A DNA stretch of 64,000 bases from Candidatus Ghiorseimicrobium undicola. GTDB lineage: Bacteria; Omnitrophota; Gorgyraeia; Ghiorseimicrobiales; Ghiorseimicrobiaceae. Position numbers and translations under genes: made by a program. The notes beneath the pieces were generated by a model. The model was not told where the DNA came from, ran no database searches, and saw nothing but the letters and a program-made list of their open reading frames with translations. Below, one piece after another: positions 20,350 through 30,275 of the stretch. The number at the start of each line of letters is the position of its first letter. Within the stretch, counting starts at the first letter, position 1. The stretch spans positions 1,347-65,346 of the forward strand of contig PCWA01000109.1 of assembly GCA_002796125.1 (NCBI GenBank). The letters are read 5' to 3'.

Positions 20350-20619
20350 CTATTTTTGCATCTTAGGGCACTCTTTGCTGCCGCACGTACTGCCACTGGC
20401 CGGGCAAATATTTTCTTCCTGCTTGCTGCTGCGGCCTTTAGCTTTATAGTCTGTGGCATAAAAACCAGAACCTTTAAATATTATGCCTGCCCCGGCCCCT
20501 ATTAACCTTTTTACTGCTTTGCCGCATTTAGGGCACTTTTTCAGCGGGACAGCATTCATAGTCTGAAATGCCTCAAATTTATATTTGCACTTCAAACACT
20601 CATATTCATATGTAGGCAT
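20350..20619 (-). CDS. FmdB-family zinc-ribbon protein
   Basis: MPTYEYEC..C...CPKC...FKGSGFYATDY. Confidence 0.9.
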   Translation of the reverse strand: MPTYEYECLKCKYKFEAFQTMNAVPLKKCPKCGKAVKRLIGAGAGIIFKGSGFYATDYKAKGRSSKQEENICPASGSTCGSKECPKMQK

Positions 20620-20638
20620 TTTACCTCACTTTATTTGG

Positions 20639-20697
20639 CAGTTTACAGTTAACGGTTAACGGCTTTTGCTATAAACTCTACACTGTTCATTGTAAAC
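20639..20697. repeat. Heptamer-periodic inverted array
   Basis: CAGTTTA CAGTTAA CGGTTAA ... TAAACTC TACACTG TTCATTG TAAACTC. Confidence 0.6.
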
Positions 20698-21840
20698 TCA
20701 TTTAAACGCTTTTTTTATTTTCTCCGTAAAAGACGTTCCACTTGCGGCGTCTTCACCTGTAATTCTGGCGAATTCTTCCATTAACTTTTTCTGTTCTGAA
20801 TTTAACGACACCGGTATTTCTACCTGTATTTTTACCAGCTGGTCACCCTTGGCATAGCTATGTAAATCAACTACGCCTTTTCCGCGTAGACGGAAGATTT
20901 TACCCGGCTGAGTACCCGGCGGAATTTTCATACTTACGCGCCCATCCAGAGTAGGCACTTCTATTTCCGCTCCCAATACCGCCTTAGGCATACTAATCGC
21001 AACTTCACAAATTATATCATTGCCCTGACGGACAAATTTATCATGCCCCGATACATTGATTATTATATATAAATCGCCTTTTACGCTTCTACCCTGTTCG
21101 CCTTCCCCTTTTAAACGCAGATGCGAACCGGTTTCTACCCCCGCCGGTATTTTCACTTCCAGGCTGCGCTTTTTTTTCACTCTTCCCTGTCCATTACATT
21201 CAGGACAAAAAGATGTTATTATGGTACCTTCTCCGCGGCACTTCGGGCAGGTCTGGCTCATCCTAAAAAATCCACCGCTGACAAGTATCTGGCCTTGCCC
21301 TTTACACTGAGAACAGGTTTTTCTTTTTGTGCCCGGTTTCGCTCCGCTGCCGGCACATACAGCACAACTCTCATACCTGGGGACTGTTATGGATTTAGTT
21401 GCGCCAAAGGCCGCCTCTTCTAACGAAATATCCAGCTGCAGCTGTAAATCCCTGCCCCTGCCGGAAGTACGCCCACGAGAAGAAGCGCCGAAAATATCAA
21501 ATCCGAAATCACCGAAAATATTACCGAATACGCTCTCGAGATCCGCTCCGCCAAAAATACTACTGAAATCCGCACCGCGGAAGATATCTTCTGCTGAATA
21601 CTTCTGATCAATGCCTGCATGCCCATACTGGTCATAAAGCGCTCTTTTTTTCTCATCAGATAAAACAGCATAAGCTTCGGAAACTTCCTTGAATTCCTCT
21701 TCTGCTTCTTTTTTTTTCTCAGAAGCCACTCTATCCGGATGATATCTTAAAGCAAGTTTACGATATGCTTTTTTAATTTCATCGGCATTAGCTGTTTTAT
21801 TTATTCCTAATATCTCGTAGTAATCGCGCTTGGCAGACAT
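20698..21840 (-). CDS. dnaJ: Chaperone DnaJ
   Basis: J domain with HPD, G/F region, four CxxCxGxG repeats. Confidence 0.98.
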   Translation of the reverse strand: MSAKRDYYEILGINKTANADEIKKAYRKLALRYHPDRVASEKKKEAEEEFKEVSEAYAVLSDEKKRALYDQYGHAGIDQKYSAEDIFRGADFSSIFGGADLESVFGNIFGDFGFDIFGASSRGRTSGRGRDLQLQLDISLEEAAFGATKSITVPRYESCAVCAGSGAKPGTKRKTCSQCKGQGQILVSGGFFRMSQTCPKCRGEGTIITSFCPECNGQGRVKKKRSLEVKIPAGVETGSHLRLKGEGEQGRSVKGDLYIIINVSGHDKFVRQGNDIICEVAISMPKAVLGAEIEVPTLDGRVSMKIPPGTQPGKIFRLRGKGVVDLHSYAKGDQLVKIQVEIPVSLNSEQKKLMEEFARITGEDAASGTSFTEKIKKAFK

Positions 21841-21861
21841 TTTATCTTCGAATTAATCGAG

Positions 21862-21926
21862 AGCAACCAGATAGCAGCAACCAGTAACCGAATAAACTAT
21901 CCTGGTTCCCGGCAACTGGCTTCTGA
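21862..21926. repeat. Heptamer-periodic inverted array
   Basis: AGCAACC AGATAGC AGCAACC AGTAACC ... CTGGTTC CCGGCAA CTGGCTT. Confidence 0.6.
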
Positions 21927-23840
21927 TTACTTCTTATCATCTTCTTCCTTATATTCGGCATCTATTATATCTTCTTTTTCCCTGCCTTTAGAATTATCTT
22001 CGCCGGCTGCTCCAGCCGAAGCAGCGCCTTCTCCCGAAGCGCCCTGCGCCTGAGATGCCTGCTGCTTCTTAGCCGCTTCTTTATAAATTTCTTCCGCAAG
22101 TTTATGAGATGCCTTGGTCAATTCTTCCATTCCTTTTTTAATCGCTTCGCTATCCTTACCATCCAGCGCCTTGCGCAGAGAATCAGCTTTTTTCTGTATT
22201 TCTTCTTTTTCTCCTTTGGAAACCTTGTCTCCATATTCCTTAAGCGACTTCTCGGTGCTGTAAAGCAAAGCATCCGCCTGATTATGTACCTCTACCTCTG
22301 CTTTTCGTTTTTCATCTTCGGCAGAAAACTTTTCAGCTTCCTTAACCATTTTTTCTATCTCTTCCTTGGAAAGTTTTTTAGGCGCTGAAATACGCATGGA
22401 TTGCTCTTTACCGGTACCTAAATCTTTAGCGCCTACATGCACTATTCCATTGGCATCGATATCAAAACTCACCTCTATTTGCGGCACGCCTCTGGGTGCT
22501 GCCGGTATGCCAATTAAATCAAACCTCCCCAGCTCAACATTATCATTAGCCATCTGACGTTCGCCCTGCAAAACGCGTATAGTAACAGCTGTCTGATTAT
22601 CGGCCGCGGTTGAAAATATCTGGCTCTTCCGGGTAGGAATGGTGGTATTTCTTTCTATAAGCTTCGTGCACACGGCTCCCAATGTCTCTATCCCCAGAGA
22701 AAGCGGCGTCACATCTAAAAGTAAAACCTCCTTGGCTTCTCCTCTAATTATCGCTGCCTGTACCGCAGCCCCCATTGCTACGCATTCCATAGGATCTATG
22801 CCGCGCTCTATTTTTTTGCCCACATAATCCTCCACAAATTTCTGCACTATAGGCATGCGCGTAGGGCCGCCGACTAAAATTACTTTTGCCACATCCTTAA
22901 CTGTCAATTTAGCATCAGAAACAGCCAGCTCCACAGGATGCTGGCAACGCTCAATTATCGGGGCAACTAATTCTTCAAGTTTGGCCCTGTTTATTGACAT
23001 TGTAAGATGCTTGGGGCCGCTGGCATCAGCGGTAATAAAAGGAAGGTTTATATCGGTAGATACGGTACTGGATAATTCAACCTTGGCTTTTTCCGCCGCC
23101 TCGCGCAATCTTTGCATAGCCATCTTATCTTTGCGTAAATCTATGCCGTTCTCGCGCTTAAACTGTTCGGCTATAAAATCTATCAAGATATTATCCATGT
23201 CTGTACCACCCAGCTGTGTGTCTCCGGAAGTAGATAGCACCTCAAATGTAGCAGCTTTATGCTCTTCATCCCAGCCCATTTCCAGGATTGTTACGTCTAA
23301 AGTACCGCCGCCAAAGTCAAAAACCATAATCTTTTGTTCTTTGCCGGCCTTATCCAAGCCATAAGCAAGACAAGCGGCAGTCGGCTCATTTATAATACGC
23401 AGGACCTTTAAACCGGCTATTTCTCCGGCATCTTTCGTCGCCTGCCGCTGGTTATCGTCAAAATAAGCCGGGCATGTAATAACGACTTCTTCTATCTTAT
23501 CTCCCAAATATGCCTCGGCATCCTTTTTTATTTTTTGCAGAATAAAAGCTGATATCTGCTGTGGGGTATATTCTTTGCCGTGTACCTTAAACTTATGGTC
23601 AGTACCCATCTTGCGTTTGGCGGCATATATAGTTGCTTCCGGATTAACAGAGGCCTGCCTTCTGGCCGGTTCCCCAACCAAAAGTTGATCATCTTTTGTA
23701 AAAGCCACAAAAGAAGGAAAAGCCTTGCCTGAAGCAACCCCCGCGCCTTCCGCCGAAGGAATAATTACCGGCCTTCCGGCTTCCATTGTCGCGGCTGCGG
23801 AATTTGATGTACCTAAATCAATACCAATAACTTTTGCCAT
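21927..23840 (-). CDS. dnaK: Chaperone DnaK
   Basis: [35 protein letters not shown]. Confidence 0.98.
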   Translation of the reverse strand: MAKVIGIDLGTSNSAAATMEAGRPVIIPSAEGAGVASGKAFPSFVAFTKDDQLLVGEPARRQASVNPEATIYAAKRKMGTDHKFKVHGKEYTPQQISAFILQKIKKDAEAYLGDKIEEVVITCPAYFDDNQRQATKDAGEIAGLKVLRIINEPTAACLAYGLDKAGKEQKIMVFDFGGGTLDVTILEMGWDEEHKAATFEVLSTSGDTQLGGTDMDNILIDFIAEQFKRENGIDLRKDKMAMQRLREAAEKAKVELSSTVSTDINLPFITADASGPKHLTMSINRAKLEELVAPIIERCQHPVELAVSDAKLTVKDVAKVILVGGPTRMPIVQKFVEDYVGKKIERGIDPMECVAMGAAVQAAIIRGEAKEVLLLDVTPLSLGIETLGAVCTKLIERNTTIPTRKSQIFSTAADNQTAVTIRVLQGERQMANDNVELGRFDLIGIPAAPRGVPQIEVSFDIDANGIVHVGAKDLGTGKEQSMRISAPKKLSKEEIEKMVKEAEKFSAEDEKRKAEVEVHNQADALLYSTEKSLKEYGDKVSKGEKEEIQKKADSLRKALDGKDSEAIKKGMEELTKASHKLAEEIYKEAAKKQQASQAQGASGEGAASAGAAGEDNSKGREKEDIIDAEYKEEDDKK

Positions 23841-23854
23841 TTTTCTCCCTCCCT

Positions 23855-23890
23855 AAAATAATAAACTGCCGCAAAAAAATACCGCGGCAG
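23855..23890 (-). terminator. Hairpin plus U-rich tract between grpE and dnaK (attenuator or mRNA stabiliser)
   Basis: mRNA CUGCCGC-11nt-GCGGCAG followed by UUUAUUAUUUU. Confidence 0.4.
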
Positions 23891-23901
23891 AATCCGTTGT
23901 T

Positions 23902-24498
23902 TTAAATACCGCCGGACTTTTTAGAAACTTTAACCTTTGACGTACGGATAACCCTTCCGTTTAAAAAATATCCTTTTTGTAATTCTTCAACAATCGTATG
24001 CTCAGGCAAATTATTGTTTTCAATATGAAGCAAGGCCTCATGCAGTTGAGGGTCGAAAAGCTTGCCCTCTGTATCAATCGGGCTCAAACCGCGTTTTTTC
24101 ATGATTTCATAGAAATGCCCAAGCACAAGTTCTATGCCCTTCAAAAAAGCAAGCGGGTCATTCTTGTTTTGTTCGGCCAGACAAACAGACCTTTCCAGAT
24201 CATCCAAAACTACAAGCAGTTCCGCGATCAAAGCTTCATTGGCGAATTTTATAAAATCCTGCTTTTCTTTTTCCATGCGTTTTTTTATATTTTCGAATTC
24301 CGCCTGCGCACGCAACAGTTTATCCCAATTTTCAACTGCTTTTTTCGCTTCGCTGTTCAAAACTTCATATTCATCCTTCGGGATAGATATCATTGCCTTA
24401 TTATCCTGATGCTCCTGCCGGAGATTATTCTTATGGCTTGTTTCTTTGCGCCCGTTTTTTTCGCCAGAAATAGATTGTTCTTTTTTTTCTTCGCTCAT
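23902..24498 (-). CDS. grpE: Nucleotide exchange factor GrpE
   Basis: RAQAEFEN, FDPQLHEA, QKGY..NGRVIR. Confidence 0.96.
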   Translation of the reverse strand: MSEEKKEQSISGEKNGRKETSHKNNLRQEHQDNKAMISIPKDEYEVLNSEAKKAVENWDKLLRAQAEFENIKKRMEKEKQDFIKFANEALIAELLVVLDDLERSVCLAEQNKNDPLAFLKGIELVLGHFYEIMKKRGLSPIDTEGKLFDPQLHEALLHIENNNLPEHTIVEELQKGYFLNGRVIRTSKVKVSKKSGGI

Positions 24499-24516
24499 TT
24501 GTTTAATTTTATATGG

Positions 24517-25266
24517 TTAAAATTCGGTTAAAAGATCGCTTAATAGGCCTGATATATATTCTATGGCAGGGATTACCTTTGCATATTCCATACGCGTGGG
24601 GCCCAATATTGCAATGCGGCCTTGCGGCCTCTTATTCACACTATATTCCGATATAATAAGCGTACAGCCTTCAATGTCGTCAAAAGGCAGCTCTCTGCCT
24701 ATATAAAGTTTAAACTTTTCATTCAAATCGCTGTTTATGAGCTCAAGAAGCCGCTTCTTTTCCTCTAGAAGATTTACCAATAATTTTATCCGCCTTAAAT
24801 CTTTAAACTCCGGCTGATTTAATATCAACCCCATACCTTTATAGTAAATTCTATCTTTACTGTCGGTAAAAGATACTATGCCTGTGCAGCTGCTTAAAGA
24901 TGAAAGTATATCCGAGGTTTTTTCTAATAAACTTTCCAGTTCCTTCTTGCTGGTATCGTACTCATGAAGCACTTTTTCTTTTTCCGCCTGAAGCATATCA
25001 ATTTCACATAATAGATTGTCAACATAAAAACGATAACCCTTATCTGTAGGGATACGGCCGCTTGAAGTGTGCGTATGGGCAAGAAAACCAAACTCTTCCA
25101 ATTCAGACATTACATTGCGTATAGTCGCGCTGCTGCAATTAAAATCCCTGGCCAAAAGTTCAGAACTTACTGCGCAAGCATTGGTTATATAAAAATCTAC
25201 CGCCGCGGCAAGTACCTGATTTTTTCTTTTTTCATAATCTATTGATTTTACCATAGTTAGCTCCAA
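24517..25266 (-). CDS. hrcA: Heat-inducible transcription repressor HrcA (short form)
   Basis: SSATIRNVM..LE..G.L...HTSSGRIPTDKGYRFYVD, ILGPTRMEY. True start may be ATG 25254. Confidence 0.92.
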   Translation of the reverse strand: MELTMVKSIDYEKRKNQVLAAAVDFYITNACAVSSELLARDFNCSSATIRNVMSELEEFGFLAHTHTSSGRIPTDKGYRFYVDNLLCEIDMLQAEKEKVLHEYDTSKKELESLLEKTSDILSSLSSCTGIVSFTDSKDRIYYKGMGLILNQPEFKDLRRIKLLVNLLEEKKRLLELINSDLNEKFKLYIGRELPFDDIEGCTLIISEYSVNKRPQGRIAILGPTRMEYAKVIPAIEYISGLLSDLLTEF

Positions 25267-25324
25267 CTAGGAGAAAAAAATAAGCAACGCACCCTAGGCC
25301 AACAAAGGCCAGGGAGATCTAAAA

Positions 25325-25351
25325 TTAGCACTCTTGTTATGAGAATGCTAA
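25325..25351. promoter_or_regulatory. CIRCE operator (HrcA site)
   Basis: TTAGCACTC-N9-GAATGCTAA (1 mismatch to consensus) upstream of hrcA-grpE-dnaK-dnaJ. Confidence 0.92.
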
Positions 25352-25357
25352 AAAATT

Positions 25358-25385
25358 AGTTTAGCACAAATTTTTATTTTGTCAA
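25358..25385 (-). promoter_or_regulatory. Sigma70 promoter of the hrcA operon
   Basis: TTGACA-N16-TAAACT with TGn extension, just upstream of CIRCE. Confidence 0.65.
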
Positions 25386-25404
25386 TATATAATACAGGCT
25401 GGAT

Positions 25405-25435
25405 AATTACTCCGCTACGCGTGGCGGGATATATT
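25405..25435 (+). repeat. Minimal copy of hairpin module B
   Basis: AATTACTCCGC-TACGCGTG-GCGGGATATATT resembles AATTAACTCCGC...GCGGAGTATATT at 49083-49116. Confidence 0.45.
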
Positions 25436-25468
25436 AAAGACTGGTGATTTTAATCGCTAATAATGAAT

Positions 25469-28400
25469 TTAAATCTCGTTTTTTTCTAAAATAGGCATAA
25501 AGGCGTTAACGATTGCCGGGTCAAACTGTGAACCAGCGCCGTCTTTAATTATTTTAATGGCTTCATCTTTCGAATAAGCTTTACGGTATGGACGGTCAGA
25601 AATTAAAGCCTGGTAAACATCCGCTATAGCAATAATTCGCGCGCCCATCGGGATATCTTCGCCCCTTAATCCGCTGGGATAGCCGGTACCATCCCATTTT
25701 TCATGATGATACAGCATGAGCGGGATCATGCTGCGCAAAAAATGTACCGGCCGTATGATATCAACAGCGATCTGGGGGTGTTTTTTGATTTCTTCAAATT
25801 CTTCCCCTGAAAGCGGAGTCCTCTTAAGCAGGATTTTTTCGCTTATACCCACCTTGCCCAAATCATGAAGGGCCGCAGCCTGCCTTATCAAAACTATATC
25901 TTCCTTAGAAAGCATCAATGCCTTAGCAATACTATCGGCGTATTCTACGGTATTTTCCACATGCTCTCCGGTATAATGGTCTTTTAATTCTATCGTCTTG
26001 GCAAAAGCAAAAACCGCCTCCATCAAACTTTGATTAGTCTGCCGCGTAAGTTTATCCAATTTGCCCTTAAGAAAAGAAACGTCTTCTTCTACACTCTTAT
26101 CCATATAATTTTCTTTTTTATTTTTCAAAATATCTGCATGCGAATAAACCCTCCCCCCTCCGTCATATTTAGCCTTATCTAAAATCTTGTCTGCCAGCTC
26201 AACCAATTCCATGCCTTTTGCCGCCCTGTCTTCAGGATATGAAACAACCGACATACTTAATTTTAATCTTATAGAAGTATCATTATTGCCGAAATTATAC
26301 AGGGATATGGCATCCGATAGCCTTTGCGACAAATTAATAGCCGACGATACATCTATGCCGGGGCATATAATAACAAATTCTTCTCCGCCGAACCTTATAA
26401 TGATATCATAGCGCCGCACCATACGCTTAAGCTGGCGCGCAAATTGTTTCAATACCAAATCGCCAAATTCATGCCCATAGACTTTATTTATGGATTTAAA
26501 ATAATCTATATCCAGCATTATTACGGAAAGCGACTGCGTATAACGGTTAGCCCTGACAAATTCCGTCTCAATTACTTCCGCAAGGTAACGATGGTTATAT
26601 ACTCCCGTATGGTAATCTCTCAATACCAATTCATTCAGCCGCCTGCTTGATTTTATCAATTCCTTATTTATCTCTTTAAGTTTTCTTTCTGTATGTTTAC
26701 GCTCTGTTATATTAACAAATGATACCAATGTCTTGGCTAATGTCTGTTCATAGATAGGAGGAACTGACCATTTAACATAAACATCTATCTTATTACCTTT
26801 GAGCGTAAAGACAATCAATTCGCAATCAAAAACAGACTTACCCTCACCTATGGCAATCAGCTCTTCTTTAAACATGGTCAATGATTCTTCAGCCAGCGTC
26901 ATTTTCGGGTTTGAAATTAGGGTGTTTTTATCATCAGCCTCAAATAGAGTCAGCGCTGATTTATTGGCATCCAAAATCTTAACCATAGACATGCAATCAG
27001 TAATGGCATCCGGATTAGCTTCAAAATATGCGCGGAAATCAACAATCCCCTTTTTCTTTAGAAGATCTATAAATATTTTTATATTAGAGAAATCCTCCTC
27101 CAATAAAGCAACAGGAGAATCTTCGAATAAGGCATGGTAACGCCTGCTGCTTTCATGGAGCATGCCTTCTGATTTTTTTCTTTCGGATATATCTCTTATA
27201 ATGGCCAATATACTTTGCCTTTGATTAAGGACGATGTGCTTAAGGCTGATTTCCGCCCAAAACAGGCCTGCCTCTTTAGTCTTGCAGCGCCATTCAAACA
27301 CTTGTGGCTTACCGTCTATTGCTTCAGCAACAAAATTGTAAAGTTCTTTTTTGGAATAAGGCGGATAACCCAGGCTCAAATCGCAGATATCCATTTTTTT
27401 TATTTCCAGCTCAGAATAGGCGAAAATATCCAGCATCTTTTTATTAGCGTTTACTACTTTGGCGGACTTAATATCATAAATAACGATAATATCATTAGCG
27501 AAATTAAAAATATCGCTATAATTGGCCTCTGATTCACGCAAAGCTCTTTCAGCGTGTTTTCTGCGGGTAATATCCATAACCATCCCGGAGATCTCATCGT
27601 CTTCAAGAAGCGCATCAACAAGAATATGCTTGATTATTTTTGCCTCGGTTAAAATTTCCAACTCCAAGCCTTCAACCTTGCCTTTCATTTTAAGCAGCTG
27701 AATAAAAGCCTCATAATCATTTCTGCTTTTATAAAACCCGGCCATATTAAAATGCATTATTTTTTCCAAAGGCATAAAATCGAATATATCCGCCAGCGCC
27801 TTGTTCGCGTATAAAATATCTCCCTTTAAATTCGTTTTGTATATCCCGACTATGGCATTTTCGGTAAGGTCGCGGTATTTCTTTTCGGATAAATTCAGCG
27901 CCTCCTGAGCCTTCTTCTGTTTCGTTATGTCAAGGCAATATTCAATAATCTGCATAACCTTTCCTTTTTTGTCAAATATTGGATAGGCATGCACTTCAAC
28001 ATGCCTTGCCTCGCCTTTCTTATCGTAATGCACATGCTCAACCACCACCGGTTTTTTTGTCTTCTTAACTTCCTGCAATGTGCAGGGATATCCGTCTTTA
28101 AAACATGGCCGCCCGCTTTTATGTGTTATGCCGTAACAAGTAGACTTAGGGCTTAGTTCTCCAAGCTGCGCTGTGGAATTGGCTAATTTAATAGTATAAT
28201 CTTTGGCATCCACCACATAAAACGGATGAGAAAGCGATTCTATGGCACTGTATAAAAATTCCTTTTGATGAAGGATTTTATTTTCCTCCGCTTTGCGTGC
28301 CGTAATATCCTGCATTGTCTCTATTACATAAATGACCTTGCCGGATTTATCCTTCTTGGGCGTTGAGGTAAGATTGTATATCTTGCCATCGCTGCAAACT

Positions 28401-28723
28401 CCTGTTTCGGAAAAAGAAACCTTTCCTGTTTTAAAAGTTTTTATGGCCGGGCAATTATCGCAAATATTTTTCCTAGACTTAGAAAATAATAACTTATAAC
28501 AGACAGGATTAGCCTTTAATTTGACCTGGGGGAACCCCTCTTCAAAAACTTTATTAAACCAAACCAACTCCATCCGGGGATTTATTATGACAGCCCCCAT
28601 GTTTGAATCGTATAAAAGCTTACCCACCATTTTGCCTATTGATTTTTCCCTATTCATAAACATGGCTATGCCGGTTTTATGACTTTTAAAAACCTTTGTT
28701 TTTTTCTCTAAATTTTTACCCAT
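25469..28723 (-). CDS. Multi-PAS GGDEF / HD-GYP c-di-GMP signalling protein
   Basis: Five PAS/PAC-like repeats ending in DITxRK-like motifs, RRYD I-site, RFGGEEF, then HDLGKVG...HHEKWDGTGYP. Confidence 0.92.
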   Translation of the reverse strand: MGKNLEKKTKVFKSHKTGIAMFMNREKSIGKMVGKLLYDSNMGAVIINPRMELVWFNKVFEEGFPQVKLKANPVCYKLLFSKSRKNICDNCPAIKTFKTGKVSFSETGVCSDGKIYNLTSTPKKDKSGKVIYVIETMQDITARKAEENKILHQKEFLYSAIESLSHPFYVVDAKDYTIKLANSTAQLGELSPKSTCYGITHKSGRPCFKDGYPCTLQEVKKTKKPVVVEHVHYDKKGEARHVEVHAYPIFDKKGKVMQIIEYCLDITKQKKAQEALNLSEKKYRDLTENAIVGIYKTNLKGDILYANKALADIFDFMPLEKIMHFNMAGFYKSRNDYEAFIQLLKMKGKVEGLELEILTEAKIIKHILVDALLEDDEISGMVMDITRRKHAERALRESEANYSDIFNFANDIIVIYDIKSAKVVNANKKMLDIFAYSELEIKKMDICDLSLGYPPYSKKELYNFVAEAIDGKPQVFEWRCKTKEAGLFWAEISLKHIVLNQRQSILAIIRDISERKKSEGMLHESSRRYHALFEDSPVALLEEDFSNIKIFIDLLKKKGIVDFRAYFEANPDAITDCMSMVKILDANKSALTLFEADDKNTLISNPKMTLAEESLTMFKEELIAIGEGKSVFDCELIVFTLKGNKIDVYVKWSVPPIYEQTLAKTLVSFVNITERKHTERKLKEINKELIKSSRRLNELVLRDYHTGVYNHRYLAEVIETEFVRANRYTQSLSVIMLDIDYFKSINKVYGHEFGDLVLKQFARQLKRMVRRYDIIIRFGGEEFVIICPGIDVSSAINLSQRLSDAISLYNFGNNDTSIRLKLSMSVVSYPEDRAAKGMELVELADKILDKAKYDGGGRVYSHADILKNKKENYMDKSVEEDVSFLKGKLDKLTRQTNQSLMEAVFAFAKTIELKDHYTGEHVENTVEYADSIAKALMLSKEDIVLIRQAAALHDLGKVGISEKILLKRTPLSGEEFEEIKKHPQIAVDIIRPVHFLRSMIPLMLYHHEKWDGTGYPSGLRGEDIPMGARIIAIADVYQALISDRPYRKAYSKDEAIKIIKDGAGSQFDPAIVNAFMPILEKNEI

Positions 28724-28740
28724 TTTTTTAATAGCGGAAT

Positions 28741-28783
28741 CAAAAACAAAGGCAGTTTTCTAACTTGAATAGAAAACTGCCTT
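28741..28783 (-). terminator. Intrinsic terminator in the 5' leader of the GGDEF/HD-GYP gene
   Basis: AAGGCAGUUUUCUA-7nt-UAGAAAACUGCCUU followed by UGUUUUU. Confidence 0.75.
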
Positions 28784-28865
28784 TTATGTATTTAAATTAT
28801 TTTGGTACCACGCTATGCCTATGATTAATATGCGCATCATGGCTCTTTTCTGTGGCTGGAATATA

Positions 28866-28894
28866 AGTATAACATATCAAATCAGATTTGTCAA
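28866..28894 (-). promoter_or_regulatory. Near-consensus sigma70 promoter
   Basis: TTGACA-N17-TATACT with TGn extended -10. Confidence 0.75.
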
Positions 28895-28910
28895 TTGGTG
28901 ATGTAGCGGA

Positions 28911-30275
28911 GGTAGTATACTCAATTGTGTGTAAATTAGCTTTACAGCATTAATAAAAAGGCGTATCTTTCTGTTTGGAACATTATTAACCCAGGCCGGA
29001 CACGCCAATGTCTGCCTAACCAGAAAGGATACGCCATGCAATACGTTGTTACAGAACATAGTTTACGGCGCCGATGGGCAAGAGTCAATGAGTTTTTTCA
29101 ATGCACGCAGGAGAAAGACTTTTGGGTTGACATTAATCAGTACCTGCGCCGTATGGTTAAGGGCGTTATTGAAGTCAGCCTCGATGAGGAAATGATCCAA
29201 TACATGCAGACACAGCCTTATCAAAGAACTAATAAATCAAGCCGCTTAGATTACCGTAACGGATATTATCATCGCAATCTTGATACTACTTTCGGCCCGG
29301 TTGAACAAATTGCCATTCCCCGCTCAAGGCAGGGATTATTCAGGCCATCTGTTTTTGAACGTTATCAAAGACGGCAACAATCCGTTAATGATGTCGTCTG
29401 TAATGTATTCCTGCGCGGGATATCTACCAGGGATGTCGCGGAAGCATTAAAACCGCTGCTCAACACCACTCTTTCGGCTTCGGCAGTATCCAGAATTACC
29501 AAACGCTTGAACCCCATGGTTAAAGAATTCCATCAACGTAAACTGCTCGATGAATACCAGTTCTTGTTTTTAGACGGCATTACTATCTCGGTCAAAGGCT
29601 CGCTTAAGGCAAAGAAAATACTTGTCCTTGTGGCTTATGGAATAACCGTCTTCGGCAAAAAGGAACTTGTCGCCTTTAGAATCGCCAATGCCGAGTCTGC
29701 TTCTGCCTGTGAAAGCTTCCTTAATGATTTATTTAAGCGCGGGCTTGAAGGCAAAAACCTCAAGATGATTATTACCGACGGCTCCAAAGGCTTTATAGCC
29801 GCGATTGAACTTGTCTATCCGCATGCCCTGCATCAACGCTGCTGGGTGCATAAACTGCGTAATGCCACCAAGCGCCTTAAAAAAACGGATATCAAACCTT
29901 TTAAGGCGGAGGCGCGCAAGATTTATAACGCCTCTACTCATAGAAAGGCCGTAGCCGCCTTCAAAACATTAAGGAATCATTGGAAAGGCATCGCGCCTGA
30001 GGCGGTTAATTGCCTTGAGCGCGACATAGACGAGCTTTTAGCCTTCTTGACTATTCCTATTAAAGAACAATACCGTGCTTTTATCCGCCGGCAGATTCGC
30101 ACTACCAACATCATCGAGCGCTCATTCCGCGAAGTCAGGCGTAGGACTAGGCCGATGGGTTGTTTTACTAATTACGACAGCGTATCACGTATTATTTACG
30201 CGATTTTTAACCGTCTAAACTCCAAATGGCAAGAGAAGCCTTTAGAACAATTTACACAATTTATTTGACATTACC
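28911..30275 (+). mobile_element. IS256-family insertion sequence, 1365 bp
   Basis: Imperfect TIRs GGTAGTATACTCAATTGTGTGTAAATT / AATTTACACAATTTATTTGACATTACC; perfect 9-bp TSD TGTAGCGGA (28902-28910, 30276-30284). Confidence 0.95.
29036..30268 (+). CDS. IS256-family (Mutator-like) DDE transposase
   Basis: YRNGYYHR, GISTR, FLDG, ITDG..G, QRCWVH..RN, RTTN.IER.FREVRRR. Confidence 0.96.
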   Translation: MQYVVTEHSLRRRWARVNEFFQCTQEKDFWVDINQYLRRMVKGVIEVSLDEEMIQYMQTQPYQRTNKSSRLDYRNGYYHRNLDTTFGPVEQIAIPRSRQGLFRPSVFERYQRRQQSVNDVVCNVFLRGISTRDVAEALKPLLNTTLSASAVSRITKRLNPMVKEFHQRKLLDEYQFLFLDGITISVKGSLKAKKILVLVAYGITVFGKKELVAFRIANAESASACESFLNDLFKRGLEGKNLKMIITDGSKGFIAAIELVYPHALHQRCWVHKLRNATKRLKKTDIKPFKAEARKIYNASTHRKAVAAFKTLRNHWKGIAPEAVNCLERDIDELLAFLTIPIKEQYRAFIRRQIRTTNIIERSFREVRRRTRPMGCFTNYDSVSRIIYAIFNRLNSKWQEKPLEQFTQFI

